From the NCBI GenBank assembly GCA_046331705.1, contig JAXLQJ010000005.1, positions 62,001 to 126,000 of the forward strand: a stretch of DNA of 64,000 nucleotides, in the 5' to 3' direction. The translations under genes and the position numbers were made by a program. Below, one piece after another: positions 10,273 to 20,705 of this stretch; position 1 is the stretch's first letter, and every line of letters starts with the position of its first letter. Source of the stretch: a bacterium. GTDB lineage: Bacteria; JADJOY01. Below the pieces are notes generated by a model. It made no database searches and was not told where the DNA came from. It worked only from the letters and a program-made list of their open reading frames with translations.

Positions 10273-13074
10273 GTGTCGCCGTGGCCCGTCGCGAACGGCG
10301 CTCGTCGCGCCCCCGTGACCGACTCGCCGCTCCTGGTCGCGGGTCCGGCGCGCGCACGGCTGCCGTCGCCGGCCGAGCTCCGTGCATGGGGCGAGCTCAC
10401 GGCGCTGGCGTTGCTGGTGAGCTTGGCGCTCTGGCTCGGATTCGGGCGCTGGATCGGCACGCCGGCCACGCCGATGCCCTCGGTGGTGTTCGTGACGGCG
10501 AGCGCGCGGCTGCTCCCCGGGCTGGTGACGGCGAACCTGGTCGTGCTCGGCTGGCTCGCGCGACGCGCTCGCGACGTCCCCGCGCAGTCGGCCGCCGCAC
10601 CGATCCTCGCGCTGCGCGGCTCGCTCCGCCCGCTCTGGCTCGTGGCGACGACGCTGGTGCCGTACGCGCGCTTGCTCGTCGAGCACGCGCCGGTCCTGGG
10701 ACCGCTCTGCCACTTCACGTACGACCTCCGGCTCTGGATCGGCGCGACGGCGATCGGGTGGTGCCTCGCACGCGGGTGGCACATCACGGGTCCGAGCGAT
10801 CTCGCGGACCGGATCGATCGCGCATTCGAGCGCATCCCGTCGTGGATCCCCAGACCACGCCTGGCCTGGATCGTCTTCGCGGTGACGCTGCTCGGGATCG
10901 CGGCGGGATCGCAGCTCACTCGCTTCCAGGGGCTCGTCGCCGGCGACGAGCCCAAGTACATCCGCTTCTGCGAGGTGCTGCTGCAGACGCAAGGCTTCGA
11001 CGTCGAGAAGGTTCGCCTCTACGGTCGGATGGGCTTCGGCGACGTGAGCTGGCTCGGCTTTCCCCGAGCGCTCGCGTCCACGATCGGCGACGAAGTGCCG
11101 GCGATGCTCCGCGATCTGGGCGCGATCCTGCGCGGAGCGGCGCCGCCGACGTTCAACCGCGCGACCCACCACGACGGCTGGTTCATCCGCGGCAAGGACG
11201 GCGGGACCTATCAAGTCCACCTGCCGGGGTTCTCGTTCTTGTTGCTCGTCCCCTACGCGATCGACCGCTTGTGGCTTTCCGAGTTCGGTGGAATCGAGCT
11301 GGGCGTTCCCAACTCGCTCTACGTGACCAGCACCGCCGTCGCGCTGCTGTTCGCCTGCTGGGTGACGGCGCTCTACCGGTTGCTACGCGACACCACCCGC
11401 ATGCCGCGCCTCTCGGCGGCCGTGGCACTCGCCACGGGGCTCACGATCCCGCTCTTTCCGTTCCACGGTCAGTACTACCCGGAGGTCGCGGCCGGGCTGG
11501 TGCTGATGGTGCTGGTTCGCCGCCTGGAGCTCGGAACACCCGCCACGCTCGGCAGCGCCGCGTGGCTGGGACTGCTCGCCGGCTACCTGCCGTGGCTGCA
11601 CAATCGATTTGCGCTGCCGAGCCTGTTCCTGGTCGGCTGGTTCGTCGTGCGCCACCCGCGCGGCGTTGGCGTGCTGATGGCGTTTCTGGGCACCTACGCC
11701 ACGTCGTTGGCGCTGCAAGCGCTCTACTACTACCGCATCACCGGCAGCATCCTGCCCACCTCGATGTGGGCCGTGATCCCGGGTCACGAGCCGCTCGAAC
11801 CGGCCGGCATTCCGAAGGCGGTCATCGGGCTGCTCTTCGATCGCACCTTCGGGATCCTCGCCTATTCCCCGATCTACGCGTTGCTTCCCACAGCAGCCGT
11901 GCTCGCATGGCGCGCCAACCGCGGCCGGGTGCTGCGCATCGCGGCGCTCGCGACGCTCCTGATCGTGCAGGCGACGGCCCACTTCGACTGGTGGGGAGGC
12001 GGCTCGACGCCGGCGCGGCTGATCGTCACGGCGGTGCCCTTCGCCGCGCTGGGATTCTTCGAGCTGGCGCGCGCAGCGCGCGCGCACCGAGCTGTCGCCT
12101 GGCTCGTCGGCGTGCTGCTGGTCGTGTCGCTCGACGATGCGCTCGCCTACTCGCGGAGCTATTCGCGCCTCGAGCACGGGATGCACGCGCAGAGCGCGTT
12201 CGGGTATCGGCCGGTTCTCTCGTTTCCGCGCTTGGTGCTGCCGCCCGCCGACGCGGGCGTGCGCACGGCGCCGCTCGTCGGCTACTGGCTCGGCCTGATC
12301 GTCGCGGTCAACGCATTCGCGCTCGTCGCCCTGTCGCGCCCGGCGGCGGGAGCGCACGGATCACCCGCGAGTCCAGCGGCGGGCGCGCGCCGCTCTTCGG
12401 CGTTCGGCGTCGCCGCGCCGCTGGTCGCGCTGGTGGGCGTGAGCGCGGTCTACACGCTCCCCGCCGGGCTGGGTGGCGAAACCTGGTCGGCGGGCTTGCT
12501 CCCGGACGCGACACACATGCGCGTCGCGCTTCTCGACGCCATCGTGCGCCATCCCTTCGGCTGGGTGGTGGGCGCCGGTCACGGCGCGATCGATCCGGTT
12601 CCGCTGCGAAGCGAAGCGCTGACGGTGACCTACGGATTGACCGGCGAGCCGTCGATCGAGCCGTTGAAGGGCCTCGTCGTCGACGACGATGCGCCAGGCG
12701 CCGGCAGCCGCGAGCGCGCCGAGCCGCGTCCGGCCTTGCGCGTCCCCGCCGAGGTTCCGGCCAACACCCGAATCGCCCGCCTCGACCTCGGCCCCACGGT
12801 CGGCGGGCCGCATTCGCTGGAGATCCACCTACGCCTCGCGGGCGGGCTTCGCGAGCACGGCGACGACGACATCCTCGAGGTACGCGTGCTCGACGACCGC
12901 GCCCACACGGAGATCGCGCGACGCGTGGTGAAGACCAGCGAGCTCGGCAAGCGGCGCTATCGTGCCGTCCGCCTCGACTTCGACCTGCCCCACGAGACCG
13001 CGGCGGTGGTGCGCCTGACCAAGCTCGGCACCAGCGAGATCTGGCTCGAGAAGCTCACGCTGCGGCACGGATGA
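10273..13074 (+). CDS. Large polytopic membrane protein, GT-C (lipid-linked sugar) glycosyltransferase-like, with C-terminal soluble beta-rich domain
   Basis: GDEPKY in first loop, YYPE, LPWLHNRF, GLLFDRTFGILAYSP, WWGGGSTPAR. Confidence 0.62.
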   Translation: MSPWPVANGARRAPVTDSPLLVAGPARARLPSPAELRAWGELTALALLVSLALWLGFGRWIGTPATPMPSVVFVTASARLLPGLVTANLVVLGWLARRARDVPAQSAAAPILALRGSLRPLWLVATTLVPYARLLVEHAPVLGPLCHFTYDLRLWIGATAIGWCLARGWHITGPSDLADRIDRAFERIPSWIPRPRLAWIVFAVTLLGIAAGSQLTRFQGLVAGDEPKYIRFCEVLLQTQGFDVEKVRLYGRMGFGDVSWLGFPRALASTIGDEVPAMLRDLGAILRGAAPPTFNRATHHDGWFIRGKDGGTYQVHLPGFSFLLLVPYAIDRLWLSEFGGIELGVPNSLYVTSTAVALLFACWVTALYRLLRDTTRMPRLSAAVALATGLTIPLFPFHGQYYPEVAAGLVLMVLVRRLELGTPATLGSAAWLGLLAGYLPWLHNRFALPSLFLVGWFVVRHPRGVGVLMAFLGTYATSLALQALYYYRITGSILPTSMWAVIPGHEPLEPAGIPKAVIGLLFDRTFGILAYSPIYALLPTAAVLAWRANRGRVLRIAALATLLIVQATAHFDWWGGGSTPARLIVTAVPFAALGFFELARAARAHRAVAWLVGVLLVVSLDDALAYSRSYSRLEHGMHAQSAFGYRPVLSFPRLVLPPADAGVRTAPLVGYWLGLIVAVNAFALVALSRPAAGAHGSPASPAAGARRSSAFGVAAPLVALVGVSAVYTLPAGLGGETWSAGLLPDATHMRVALLDAIVRHPFGWVVGAGHGAIDPVPLRSEALTVTYGLTGEPSIEPLKGLVVDDDAPGAGSRERAEPRPALRVPAEVPANTRIARLDLGPTVGGPHSLEIHLRLAGGLREHGDDDILEVRVLDDRAHTEIARRVVKTSELGKRRYRAVRLDFDLPHETAAVVRLTKLGTSEIWLEKLTLRHG

Positions 13075-13153
13075 GCGCCGTTCGCGAACCGAGCGGACGC
13101 GCCCGCGGCGTGGCCCACGTCGGTCGCGGCAGACGACGGAGGCGGTTTCAGGC

Positions 13154-16012
13154 TCAGCTCGCGCCGTCCGTCGCTTCGCCGCGCGCGAGCCGCTCCGTGC
13201 GTTCCAACGCGGCCACCACCCAACCGTCCCCCGGACGCCGGCGCAAGACCTCCCGGTAGGCGGCGGCAGCCTGACGGTACTCGCGACGCTTCTCGCGCAC
13301 CTCCGCGACGCGCGCCCACACCGCCGGCGTGCCGCTGCCGAGATCGATGGCGCGTTCGAAGGCCGTGAGCGCCTCGCCGTAGCGCTGCTGGGAGCGCAAC
13401 GCCTCGGCCAGCGCGAGCTGCGCGTCCGCGCTCGACGGCGCCCATTCGGCAGCGGTCCGAAACGCCTCGCTCGCTGCGTGCACGTCGCCGCGCAAGCTGG
13501 CGATGCGTCCGCGGGCGAGGGCGATTCGCGCATCGCGTCCTGCTCGATCCGCCGCGCGCGCCAGCCTGCGCTCGGCTCGCTCGAAGTCTCCGAGCGGCGC
13601 GTCGACCTCGCAAGCGAGCTCGATCTGAGTGGCGACGTCGGCGGCACCTGCCCGCTCCAGCAAGCGTCGCTCCTCCGCGTCCGCTCGCCCGAGCTCCCCG
13701 CTGCGCCGGAAGGCGCGCACCGCCGCCAGCGACCAGCGGCGCGGCGCACCGTCCCGCGCCGCCAGCATCGCCAACACCTCGCCCTCGCGCGCGTGCTCGC
13801 CGCGGCTCTCGAGCAAGCGCGCCAGCGCGTCGCCAGCGAGCTCTGGATCGCCTCCTTCGGACATCGCTCGCGAGAGCCCCGACTCGACGGCGTCCACGAG
13901 ACGCGAGCCCAGCCCACGAGCTCCGTTCGCCGCGAGGTAAGCGTGAGCCTCGAGGCTCGGGCTCGAGCGCAGCGCGCGCGTCACGTGACCGAGCGCCGCG
14001 TCCTCGTTGCCGCGCGCGAGCTCGAGCATCGCGAGCTGATCCTGGTAGAGCGACGACCACGGCGCGAATGCCGCCGCTCGCTCGAGCGCACGGGCCGCCT
14101 CTTCGGGATCCGACGACGTGATGGCCAAGCCGTGATGCGCAGCCGCCCGCAACGGGCTGAGCCGGATGGCGCGGCGAAACCGCTCCGCCGCCTCCTCGCG
14201 ATCGTGCGCACCGAGCTGGCCCGCGCCGCCCACCGCCGCCAGCAACGCGCGCCCCTCGCCGAGCTCGCGCTCCGCGGATCGCGGGGCCACGCGCCAGCGC
14301 GCGAGCCTTGGCTCGAAGTCGGCGACGGAGACGCACAGGCTCCACGCCACCGCCAGCGCGCCCGCTCCGCCCGCCACGCTCTCGAGACGCGCCGTCCAGC
14401 GGCGATCGGGTGTCGCGACGAGGTCCGCGGAGTCGGCAGCCGACTCCCTCGCTCGCTCGTCGCACCGGCGCCGCGCTCCCGCGCCGACGAGCACGCCGAG
14501 CGCAAGCGCGGTGGCTGGCGCCCTGAGCGGTGAGTCCACGCACGCGTGAACGGCGAACCCCGCGAGACCGGTGAGCAGCACCGTGCGAGCGCGAACCGAA
14601 AGCTCGTGTGGCGCCGCCTCTCGCGCGGGCACCACGATGGCGCGCACCACGGTCGCCACACCGCCGATCAGCAAGACCGCCCCCGGGATCCCCGCCTCCG
14701 CGATCGCCTCCAGCGCATCGCTGTGCGCGTGATGCCACACCAGCGCGTGGACCGGCGGCGCGACGAAGAGCGGATGGAGCACGGCCCAGGCGCCGAGCCC
14801 CACTCCGAGGGGCAAGGCGTCGATCATCGCGATCGACTGTCGCCACACGGCGACGCGCGCGGCCCACGAGCCGCGCTGCGCGCCCGGCGTGAGCACCGCC
14901 AGCCAGCGAACGACGACCGCCCGCACGTTCTCCGACAGGAGGCTCACACCCAGCGCCGCGACCACGAGGACGACCAGCACCAGCGGTGCGACGGACTCGC
15001 GACGCCCACGGCCCGCGCCGCCGGGCTTCTCGCCGCGCGCGCTCAGCCAACTGCGCATCCGCGTCGCGGTCACCACGCCGAAGAGCGCCATCAACGCGAA
15101 CGCGGTTCGCGAGCCGCTCGCGATCACGCCGAGCGTGGTGACCATCGTGCCAGCGACACCGAGCGCTCCCAGGCCGTCGCGAGCGCGCGGCGACAGCACG
15201 TGGCTCGAGAACCACGCCTGGGCGATCAGCGTGACGGCGGCCACACCGGCGAGAAACGCGAACGAGGCGAATTGATCCGGATTCACGAACGGTCCGCTGG
15301 CACGGCTGCCGTCGGGGATCGCCATTCCCCATTCCACGGGTCGCACCAGCCACAGGATCCGGCCGTTCCAGGTCGCTTGCTGCAACAGCGCGAGGAGCGA
15401 GACGAGAGTGCCGACGAGCGCGACACAGGCGAGCGCCCGCGTCGCCGGTCGCACGCCGCGCGCGCCGATCCCGCGCTCGCCGAGGGTGCCCGTGGCCGCG
15501 ACGAGCTGCACCACCGCGAGCACGGCGATCAACCAGACGAGGGCATCCGCCGTGTCGCCTGGCGAGAGGCTGAGCGGGTGCGCGAGGTGTGCGGCGCTCA
15601 CGGCCGCCGACGCGTCCCCGAGCGCTTGGCTCAGGATGCGCGCCTTTCCGGGCGACACGCGGGCGAGCGCCGTGAGCGGAAGCGGTACCAGCGTCGCCGC
15701 GACCCACGCCACCCACGCCAGCGACACCACCAGCAGCGCGCGATGCCACGCAACGCCAGGCTCGCCTGCGCGACTCCCTCGGCGCGAGCGCGCCCGCGCC
15801 GTGCCGGCCCCGAGCGCGACGAGCGCCGCGAGCAGCACGGCGATGCCCAACGCCAGCCTCGCGCGCGTCGGCACGCCCCCGAGCAAGAACGGCGCGATCG
15901 CGAGCGTCACGCCGAGGATCCACCCCGACGCCCTCCCCGCCGTCTCGAGGGACGCGCCGAGCTGCGAGCCGCGGCGGCGTGCGCCCCCGCGACTCGACGG
16001 CACCGGGCTCAC
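13154..16012 (-). CDS. O-antigen ligase/oligosaccharyltransferase (Wzy_C) with C-terminal TPR repeats
   Basis: GPFVNPDQFA, SGSR, GVGLG, HAHSDALEAIAEAGIPG, then Ala/Arg-rich TPR helices. Confidence 0.82.
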   Translation of the reverse strand: MSPVPSSRGGARRRGSQLGASLETAGRASGWILGVTLAIAPFLLGGVPTRARLALGIAVLLAALVALGAGTARARSRRGSRAGEPGVAWHRALLVVSLAWVAWVAATLVPLPLTALARVSPGKARILSQALGDASAAVSAAHLAHPLSLSPGDTADALVWLIAVLAVVQLVAATGTLGERGIGARGVRPATRALACVALVGTLVSLLALLQQATWNGRILWLVRPVEWGMAIPDGSRASGPFVNPDQFASFAFLAGVAAVTLIAQAWFSSHVLSPRARDGLGALGVAGTMVTTLGVIASGSRTAFALMALFGVVTATRMRSWLSARGEKPGGAGRGRRESVAPLVLVVLVVAALGVSLLSENVRAVVVRWLAVLTPGAQRGSWAARVAVWRQSIAMIDALPLGVGLGAWAVLHPLFVAPPVHALVWHHAHSDALEAIAEAGIPGAVLLIGGVATVVRAIVVPAREAAPHELSVRARTVLLTGLAGFAVHACVDSPLRAPATALALGVLVGAGARRRCDERARESAADSADLVATPDRRWTARLESVAGGAGALAVAWSLCVSVADFEPRLARWRVAPRSAERELGEGRALLAAVGGAGQLGAHDREEAAERFRRAIRLSPLRAAAHHGLAITSSDPEEAARALERAAAFAPWSSLYQDQLAMLELARGNEDAALGHVTRALRSSPSLEAHAYLAANGARGLGSRLVDAVESGLSRAMSEGGDPELAGDALARLLESRGEHAREGEVLAMLAARDGAPRRWSLAAVRAFRRSGELGRADAEERRLLERAGAADVATQIELACEVDAPLGDFERAERRLARAADRAGRDARIALARGRIASLRGDVHAASEAFRTAAEWAPSSADAQLALAEALRSQQRYGEALTAFERAIDLGSGTPAVWARVAEVREKRREYRQAAAAYREVLRRRPGDGWVVAALERTERLARGEATDGAS

Positions 16013-18000
16013 GCGTGCTGCGTCCACGCCGGCTCCTGCGCCGCGGGAGGCTGTGTCGCGGGACGTGGCGCGCGCGACGGGCGGCGCAGCTCCGTGCAAC
16101 CGGCGATCTCCGGCAGCAGCTCGGAGACCAAGCAGCTCTCGGGCAGCCGATCGAGCGCCGCCGTGGACAAGCGCGCTTCCAGGAGCGCGTAGATCTCCTC
16201 GACCGCGAGCGGCAACCGCGCGTCGCTCTCCACGATCATCAGCCCGTCGCCGATCCGCCGCAGCCGGTCGCCGTCCGGGCAATGCAGGCGCTCGTGCATC
16301 TTCTCGCCGCCCCGCAGCCCCAGCTGGCGAATCGGGATCTCGCGATGGGGCTCGAAGCCGGACATGCGGATGAGCTTCTCGGCGAGCGTGCCGATCCGCA
16401 CGGGCTCGCCCATGTCGAGGAGGAAGATCTCCCCGCCCTTGCCGCGCGCCGCCGCCTGCAGCACCAGATGCGCCGCCTCGGCGATCGTGATGAAGTAGCG
16501 CGTCGCCTCGGGATCCGTGACGGTCACCGGCTCATGCCGCTCGATCTGCGCTCGGAAGATCGGCACCACGCTGCCCTGCGAGTCCATCACGTTGCCGAAG
16601 CGCACGCTCACGAACCGGGTGCGAGGCGCGATCCTGTCGAGCTCCTTGAGCGCCAGCTCCGCGAGGCGCTTGGTCAGCCCCATCACCGTGCTCGGGCACA
16701 CCGCCTTGTCGGTCGAGACGTTCACCATGCACTCGACGTCGAGGCTCGCGGCCAGCTTCGCGAGCCGGTAGCTGCCCAGCAGATTCGTGCGCAGCGCCGC
16801 GCGCACGTTGGTCTGCATCAGCGGCACGTGCTTGTAGGCGGCGCAGTGGAAGACGAGCTCCGGACGCACGGCGCCGAGCTCGACCTCCAGCCATTCGGGG
16901 TCCACGATCGAACCCGTGAGCACCTTGAGCGCGAGCGCGGGGAACCGCCCGCGCAGCTCTCGCTCGAGGTAGAAGAGCGGCGTCTCGGCGTGATCGAGCA
17001 ACACCAAGAGCGCCGGCTCGAGCTCCGCGAGCTGGCGCACGATCTCGGAGCCGATCGAGCCCGCCGCTCCCGTCACCACCACGCGTCGACCCTCGACGAG
17101 CTTGCGCGGCAACGCCAAGTCGCGGCGCGCCACCGGCCGACCGATGATGTCGGTGTCCTTCACCTGCCGTGCCTGCTCGAAGAGCACCTGACCGCGCGCC
17201 AGGTCCTTGAGCGTCGGCAGCGTCCGATAACGGGCGTTCGCCTCTTCGCACCGGGCCTGGATGCGCTGTACGTCTGGTGCAGCGGCGCTCGGCACCGCGA
17301 GCACGATCTCTTGGACGGCGAGCTCCTGCACCAGCCGCGGGATCTCGCTGCTGTCGCCGAGCACGCGCAGCCCACGCACCACCGAGTCGCGCTTGGCCGG
17401 ATCGTCGTCGACGAAGCCGACCACCCGGTAGCCGCTGGCCCCATCTCGGCTCAGCTCGTCGACCAGCGCGACACCGTGCCGCCCCGCGCCGACGACGAGA
17501 ATCCGCCGCTGGGCGTGGGAGCCGCGGGCTCGCCACGCGTCCAGGACCTCGAAGAGCTTGCGCGTGATCACGCGAGCGCCGGCGAGTCCCGAGGCGCTGA
17601 GCACCAGATCGAGGAGCGGCACGGTGCGCGGATACCCGTCGAGTCGGAACACGTAGAAGACCACCCACACCGTGCCCACCGACGCGACCAGGCTCGCCTT
17701 CACGATGTCGAAGAGGTCCGACACGCCGGTGAAGCGCCACCACCCCCGATCGACGGCGAACCACCGGAACACCACGAGCTTCCACGCGATCACGAGCGGC
17801 AGCGTGCGCAACGCCGTGCTCAGCTCGCGGCTGGGGATCGAATAGTCGAAGCGCAGCCAGAACGCCGCGAGATACGACGCCGCCACCACCAGCGCGTTCG
17901 CCGTCAGGATCAGCGCGCGGCGGTGACGCCGCAACAGGTCGAGCGACAGCGTCGCTCCGCTCGCGGCGCGGGCGCGCCAGTCAAGCAACCGGGATCTCAT
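16009..18000 (-). CDS. Membrane-bound UDP-GlcNAc 4,6-dehydratase (CapD/PglF/WbpM family)
   Basis: N-terminal TMs, GAAGSIGSE, AAYKHVP, STDKAV..MGLTKR, VRFGNV. Confidence 0.94.
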   Translation of the reverse strand: MRSRLLDWRARAASGATLSLDLLRRHRRALILTANALVVAASYLAAFWLRFDYSIPSRELSTALRTLPLVIAWKLVVFRWFAVDRGWWRFTGVSDLFDIVKASLVASVGTVWVVFYVFRLDGYPRTVPLLDLVLSASGLAGARVITRKLFEVLDAWRARGSHAQRRILVVGAGRHGVALVDELSRDGASGYRVVGFVDDDPAKRDSVVRGLRVLGDSSEIPRLVQELAVQEIVLAVPSAAAPDVQRIQARCEEANARYRTLPTLKDLARGQVLFEQARQVKDTDIIGRPVARRDLALPRKLVEGRRVVVTGAAGSIGSEIVRQLAELEPALLVLLDHAETPLFYLERELRGRFPALALKVLTGSIVDPEWLEVELGAVRPELVFHCAAYKHVPLMQTNVRAALRTNLLGSYRLAKLAASLDVECMVNVSTDKAVCPSTVMGLTKRLAELALKELDRIAPRTRFVSVRFGNVMDSQGSVVPIFRAQIERHEPVTVTDPEATRYFITIAEAAHLVLQAAARGKGGEIFLLDMGEPVRIGTLAEKLIRMSGFEPHREIPIRQLGLRGGEKMHERLHCPDGDRLRRIGDGLMIVESDARLPLAVEEIYALLEARLSTAALDRLPESCLVSELLPEIAGCTELRRPSRAPRPATQPPAAQEPAWTQHA

Positions 18001-18703
18001 GACTCGAACCTCCGTGGCCGGGGTCGGCCACCGCCGGCCACGCAGCGGGCGTCGCGAGCCGCGGCACCAGCACGGCGGCGGCCGTGCGGGCCAACACCTC
18101 GAGATCGCGAGCGGCGGTGCGCCGCGACTGGTACGCGAGGTAGCCCGCGAGCTTTCGCGGCAGCCAGACCTCTCGATAGAAGCGCTCTCGATCGCCGCCC
18201 ACGCGCTCGAGGATCCGCTCCTCGTCGCGCAGCGCGATCGTCACCGGATCGGTCAAGCCGGGGCGCACGCTCAGCACCCGCCGCCAGCGCGCGTCGCTCG
18301 GCACGACGAAGTCGGGGACCTCGGGACGCGGTCCCACCAGGCTCAGATCGCCCTTCACGACGTTCCACAAGCTCGGCAGCTCGTCGACCTTGAGGCGCCG
18401 CAGCACCCGACCCACCGCGGTGATGCGCGCATCGTCCGCGGCGGTGACGGCGAGCCCCGCGCGCGGACGCATGGTGCGCAGCTTGAAGAACACGAAGCTC
18501 CGACCGTGCTGACCCACGCGGATCTGACGGAAGAGCACGGGAAAGCCCGAGTCGATCGCGACGGCGAGCGCGGCGACGCCGAGCACGGGCAGCACCGCGA
18601 GGAGGCCCGCCAGCGCGAGCGGCACCTCCACGAGGCGCGGCAGTCCCGCCCGTGCCGGCGCACCCGCGTTCGCGGGCTCGGCGAGACTCGCCTCAGCGCG
18701 CAT
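17981..18703 (-). CDS. Undecaprenyl-phosphate sugar phosphotransferase (PglC-like)
   Basis: FKLRTM, DELP, GDLSLVGPRPE, RPGLT. Confidence 0.92.
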   Translation of the reverse strand: MRAEASLAEPANAGAPARAGLPRLVEVPLALAGLLAVLPVLGVAALAVAIDSGFPVLFRQIRVGQHGRSFVFFKLRTMRPRAGLAVTAADDARITAVGRVLRRLKVDELPSLWNVVKGDLSLVGPRPEVPDFVVPSDARWRRVLSVRPGLTDPVTIALRDEERILERVGGDRERFYREVWLPRKLAGYLAYQSRRTAARDLEVLARTAAAVLVPRLATPAAWPAVADPGHGGSSHEIPVA

Positions 18704-19967
18704 GACGGCGGCACACCCTCGCGACGGTCTCGACGACGTGCTCGACCTCCTCGTCGCTCATCGCCGAGAAGATCGGCACGCTCACCAGCCGCCGCCACAC
18801 GGCGCTCGCCACCGGGAAGTCCTCGGGGCGGCAGCCGTAGGTCTCGCGGTAGTAGGCGTGCAGATGAAGCGGCTTCCAGTGCACCGAGCAGCCCACTCCG
18901 TGGGCCTTGAGCTCGGCGATGACCTCGTCGCGCGCGACGTCGAGCAGGTCGAGCCGCAGCCGGACCGGAAAGAGGTGCCAGGAAGGGAGTCGGTCGGCGA
19001 GCACCGGCGGCAGCTCGACCTCGTCGAGATCCGCCCACGCGTCGAGATAGCGCGCCGCGATCGCCGCGCGTCGTGCGCGCATCGCCTCGGCGCGTGCGAC
19101 CTGATGGATCCCCAGGGCCGCGGCGACGTCGGTCAGGTTGTACTTGAAGCCAGGCGCCGTGATCTCGTAGTCGGGACGACCGCTGGTGGCGTAACGGTTC
19201 ACCGCGTCCAGCGTGAGCCCGTGAAGCGACATGAGACGCATGCGCTCGGCGAGGCGCTCGTCGTCGGTCACCGCCATCCCGCCCTCGCCGGTGGTGATGG
19301 TCTTGTTGGCGTAGAACGAGAAGCAGGTCACCGCCGCGGTGCCCTCGCCGCAGCGCTGCCAACGCGCCCGCGGCCCACGCCGCCACGCAGCGGGGAACGC
19401 GTGCGCCGCGTCCTCCACCACCCACGCACCGTGACGCTCGGCGAGCGCCGCCACCGGATCGAGATCGAGCATCGAGCCGCCGACGTGTACCGGGATCACA
19501 CCCGCCACCCGCTCCGGCACGACGCGTCCGGCGCGATCGCGGCCACCGAGCCACGTGGCGCACTGGGCCTCCGCGTGGGACACGTCGAGGTTGAGGGTGT
19601 GCTCCTCGCAATCGACCAGCAACGGATAGGCGCCCGGATACCGCACCACCTCGGCGGTCGCGGCGAAGGTCAGCGTGGGCACGAGCACGCTACGGTCCGC
19701 GCCGAGCCCCAAGGCTTCCAGCGCCAGGTGCAGCGCCGCGGTGCACGAGTTCACGGCCACCGCGTGACGCGCACCGACGGCGTCGCGAAAGACCTCCTCG
19801 AAGCGGCGCGCGCGCGGGCCCGTGGTGAGCCAGCCGCCGCGTAACGTCGCCACGACCTCGTCGATCTCGTCCTCGCCCAGATCGGGGCGATAGAACGGCA
19901 CCGATGCGACGGGTGCCGCGTTGACGACGGCGGCGGCTTCGAAGCTCTCCGTGACGTTGGCGGCCAT
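18693..19967 (-). CDS. DegT/DnrJ/EryC1/StrS sugar aminotransferase
   Basis: GWLTTGP, NSCTAALH, EDAAHA, FSFYANKTITTGEGG, GFKYN. Confidence 0.94.
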   Translation of the reverse strand: MAANVTESFEAAAVVNAAPVASVPFYRPDLGEDEIDEVVATLRGGWLTTGPRARRFEEVFRDAVGARHAVAVNSCTAALHLALEALGLGADRSVLVPTLTFAATAEVVRYPGAYPLLVDCEEHTLNLDVSHAEAQCATWLGGRDRAGRVVPERVAGVIPVHVGGSMLDLDPVAALAERHGAWVVEDAAHAFPAAWRRGPRARWQRCGEGTAAVTCFSFYANKTITTGEGGMAVTDDERLAERMRLMSLHGLTLDAVNRYATSGRPDYEITAPGFKYNLTDVAAALGIHQVARAEAMRARRAAIAARYLDAWADLDEVELPPVLADRLPSWHLFPVRLRLDLLDVARDEVIAELKAHGVGCSVHWKPLHLHAYYRETYGCRPEDFPVASAVWRRLVSVPIFSAMSDEEVEHVVETVARVCRRHAR

Positions 19968-19970
19968 GGA

Positions 19971-20705
19971 TCACGACTCCCGAGTCAGGACGGCGAGCCA
20001 ATGGGTACGAAGCCACGGGCAGGCTTCGAGGACGAGCGCCGCCGTCTCGCTCCACGGCACGATCCGGCGCGCGAGCGGCGCCGCCAGGGTCGCGCGCCGC
20101 ACGATGGCGGCGAACCCGGGAAAGAGCCCGAGCAGCTCGGCACGCGACACTGGCTGGACCCCGGGATTCGTCGGATTGGAGATCGCGAGGTCGTACCAGA
20201 GCACCGCACCGTCGGGCCGCAGCACGCGTGCCATCTCGTGAGCGATCGCGCGACGCATCGCGAGCGAGTGCACCGAGCTCAGCACGGTCGACGCGATCAC
20301 CAGCGCGAACCGTCCGCTCGCCCACGGCAGCGCCGCCGCGTCGCCGAGCACCAGATCCGCGCCGGGCAACGCCCGCCGCGCGCGGGCGAGCCGCCGTGGC
20401 TCGAGATCGATCCCTGCCAAGTCGGACTCGCCGAGGCCCCACGAGATCAGCTCCCCCAGCCAGCCGACGCTGCCGCAGCCAACCTCGAGACAGCGATCTC
20501 CCGCGCGCGGGAAGACCGCGCGCTCGTGAAGGAGCCGGGCGGCGAGCGCCCGCCGGCGGCCCACCAGGAAGCTCGCCGCCGGCTGCCACGGCGCCCACAG
20601 ATCCGCCGGGACCTCGAGCTCGCGACGCGCGTACTCGGCGCGAATGCGCGCGCGCTCCGTCGCGAGGTCCGCCTCGAGCGCGGCGCCCAGGACGTGCGCC
20701 GTCAT
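19971..20705 (-). CDS. Class I SAM-dependent methyltransferase
   Basis: LEVGCG, GIDL, GDAAALPW, RVLRPDG. Confidence 0.85.
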   Translation of the reverse strand: MTAHVLGAALEADLATERARIRAEYARRELEVPADLWAPWQPAASFLVGRRRALAARLLHERAVFPRAGDRCLEVGCGSVGWLGELISWGLGESDLAGIDLEPRRLARARRALPGADLVLGDAAALPWASGRFALVIASTVLSSVHSLAMRRAIAHEMARVLRPDGAVLWYDLAISNPTNPGVQPVSRAELLGLFPGFAAIVRRATLAAPLARRIVPWSETAALVLEACPWLRTHWLAVLTRES

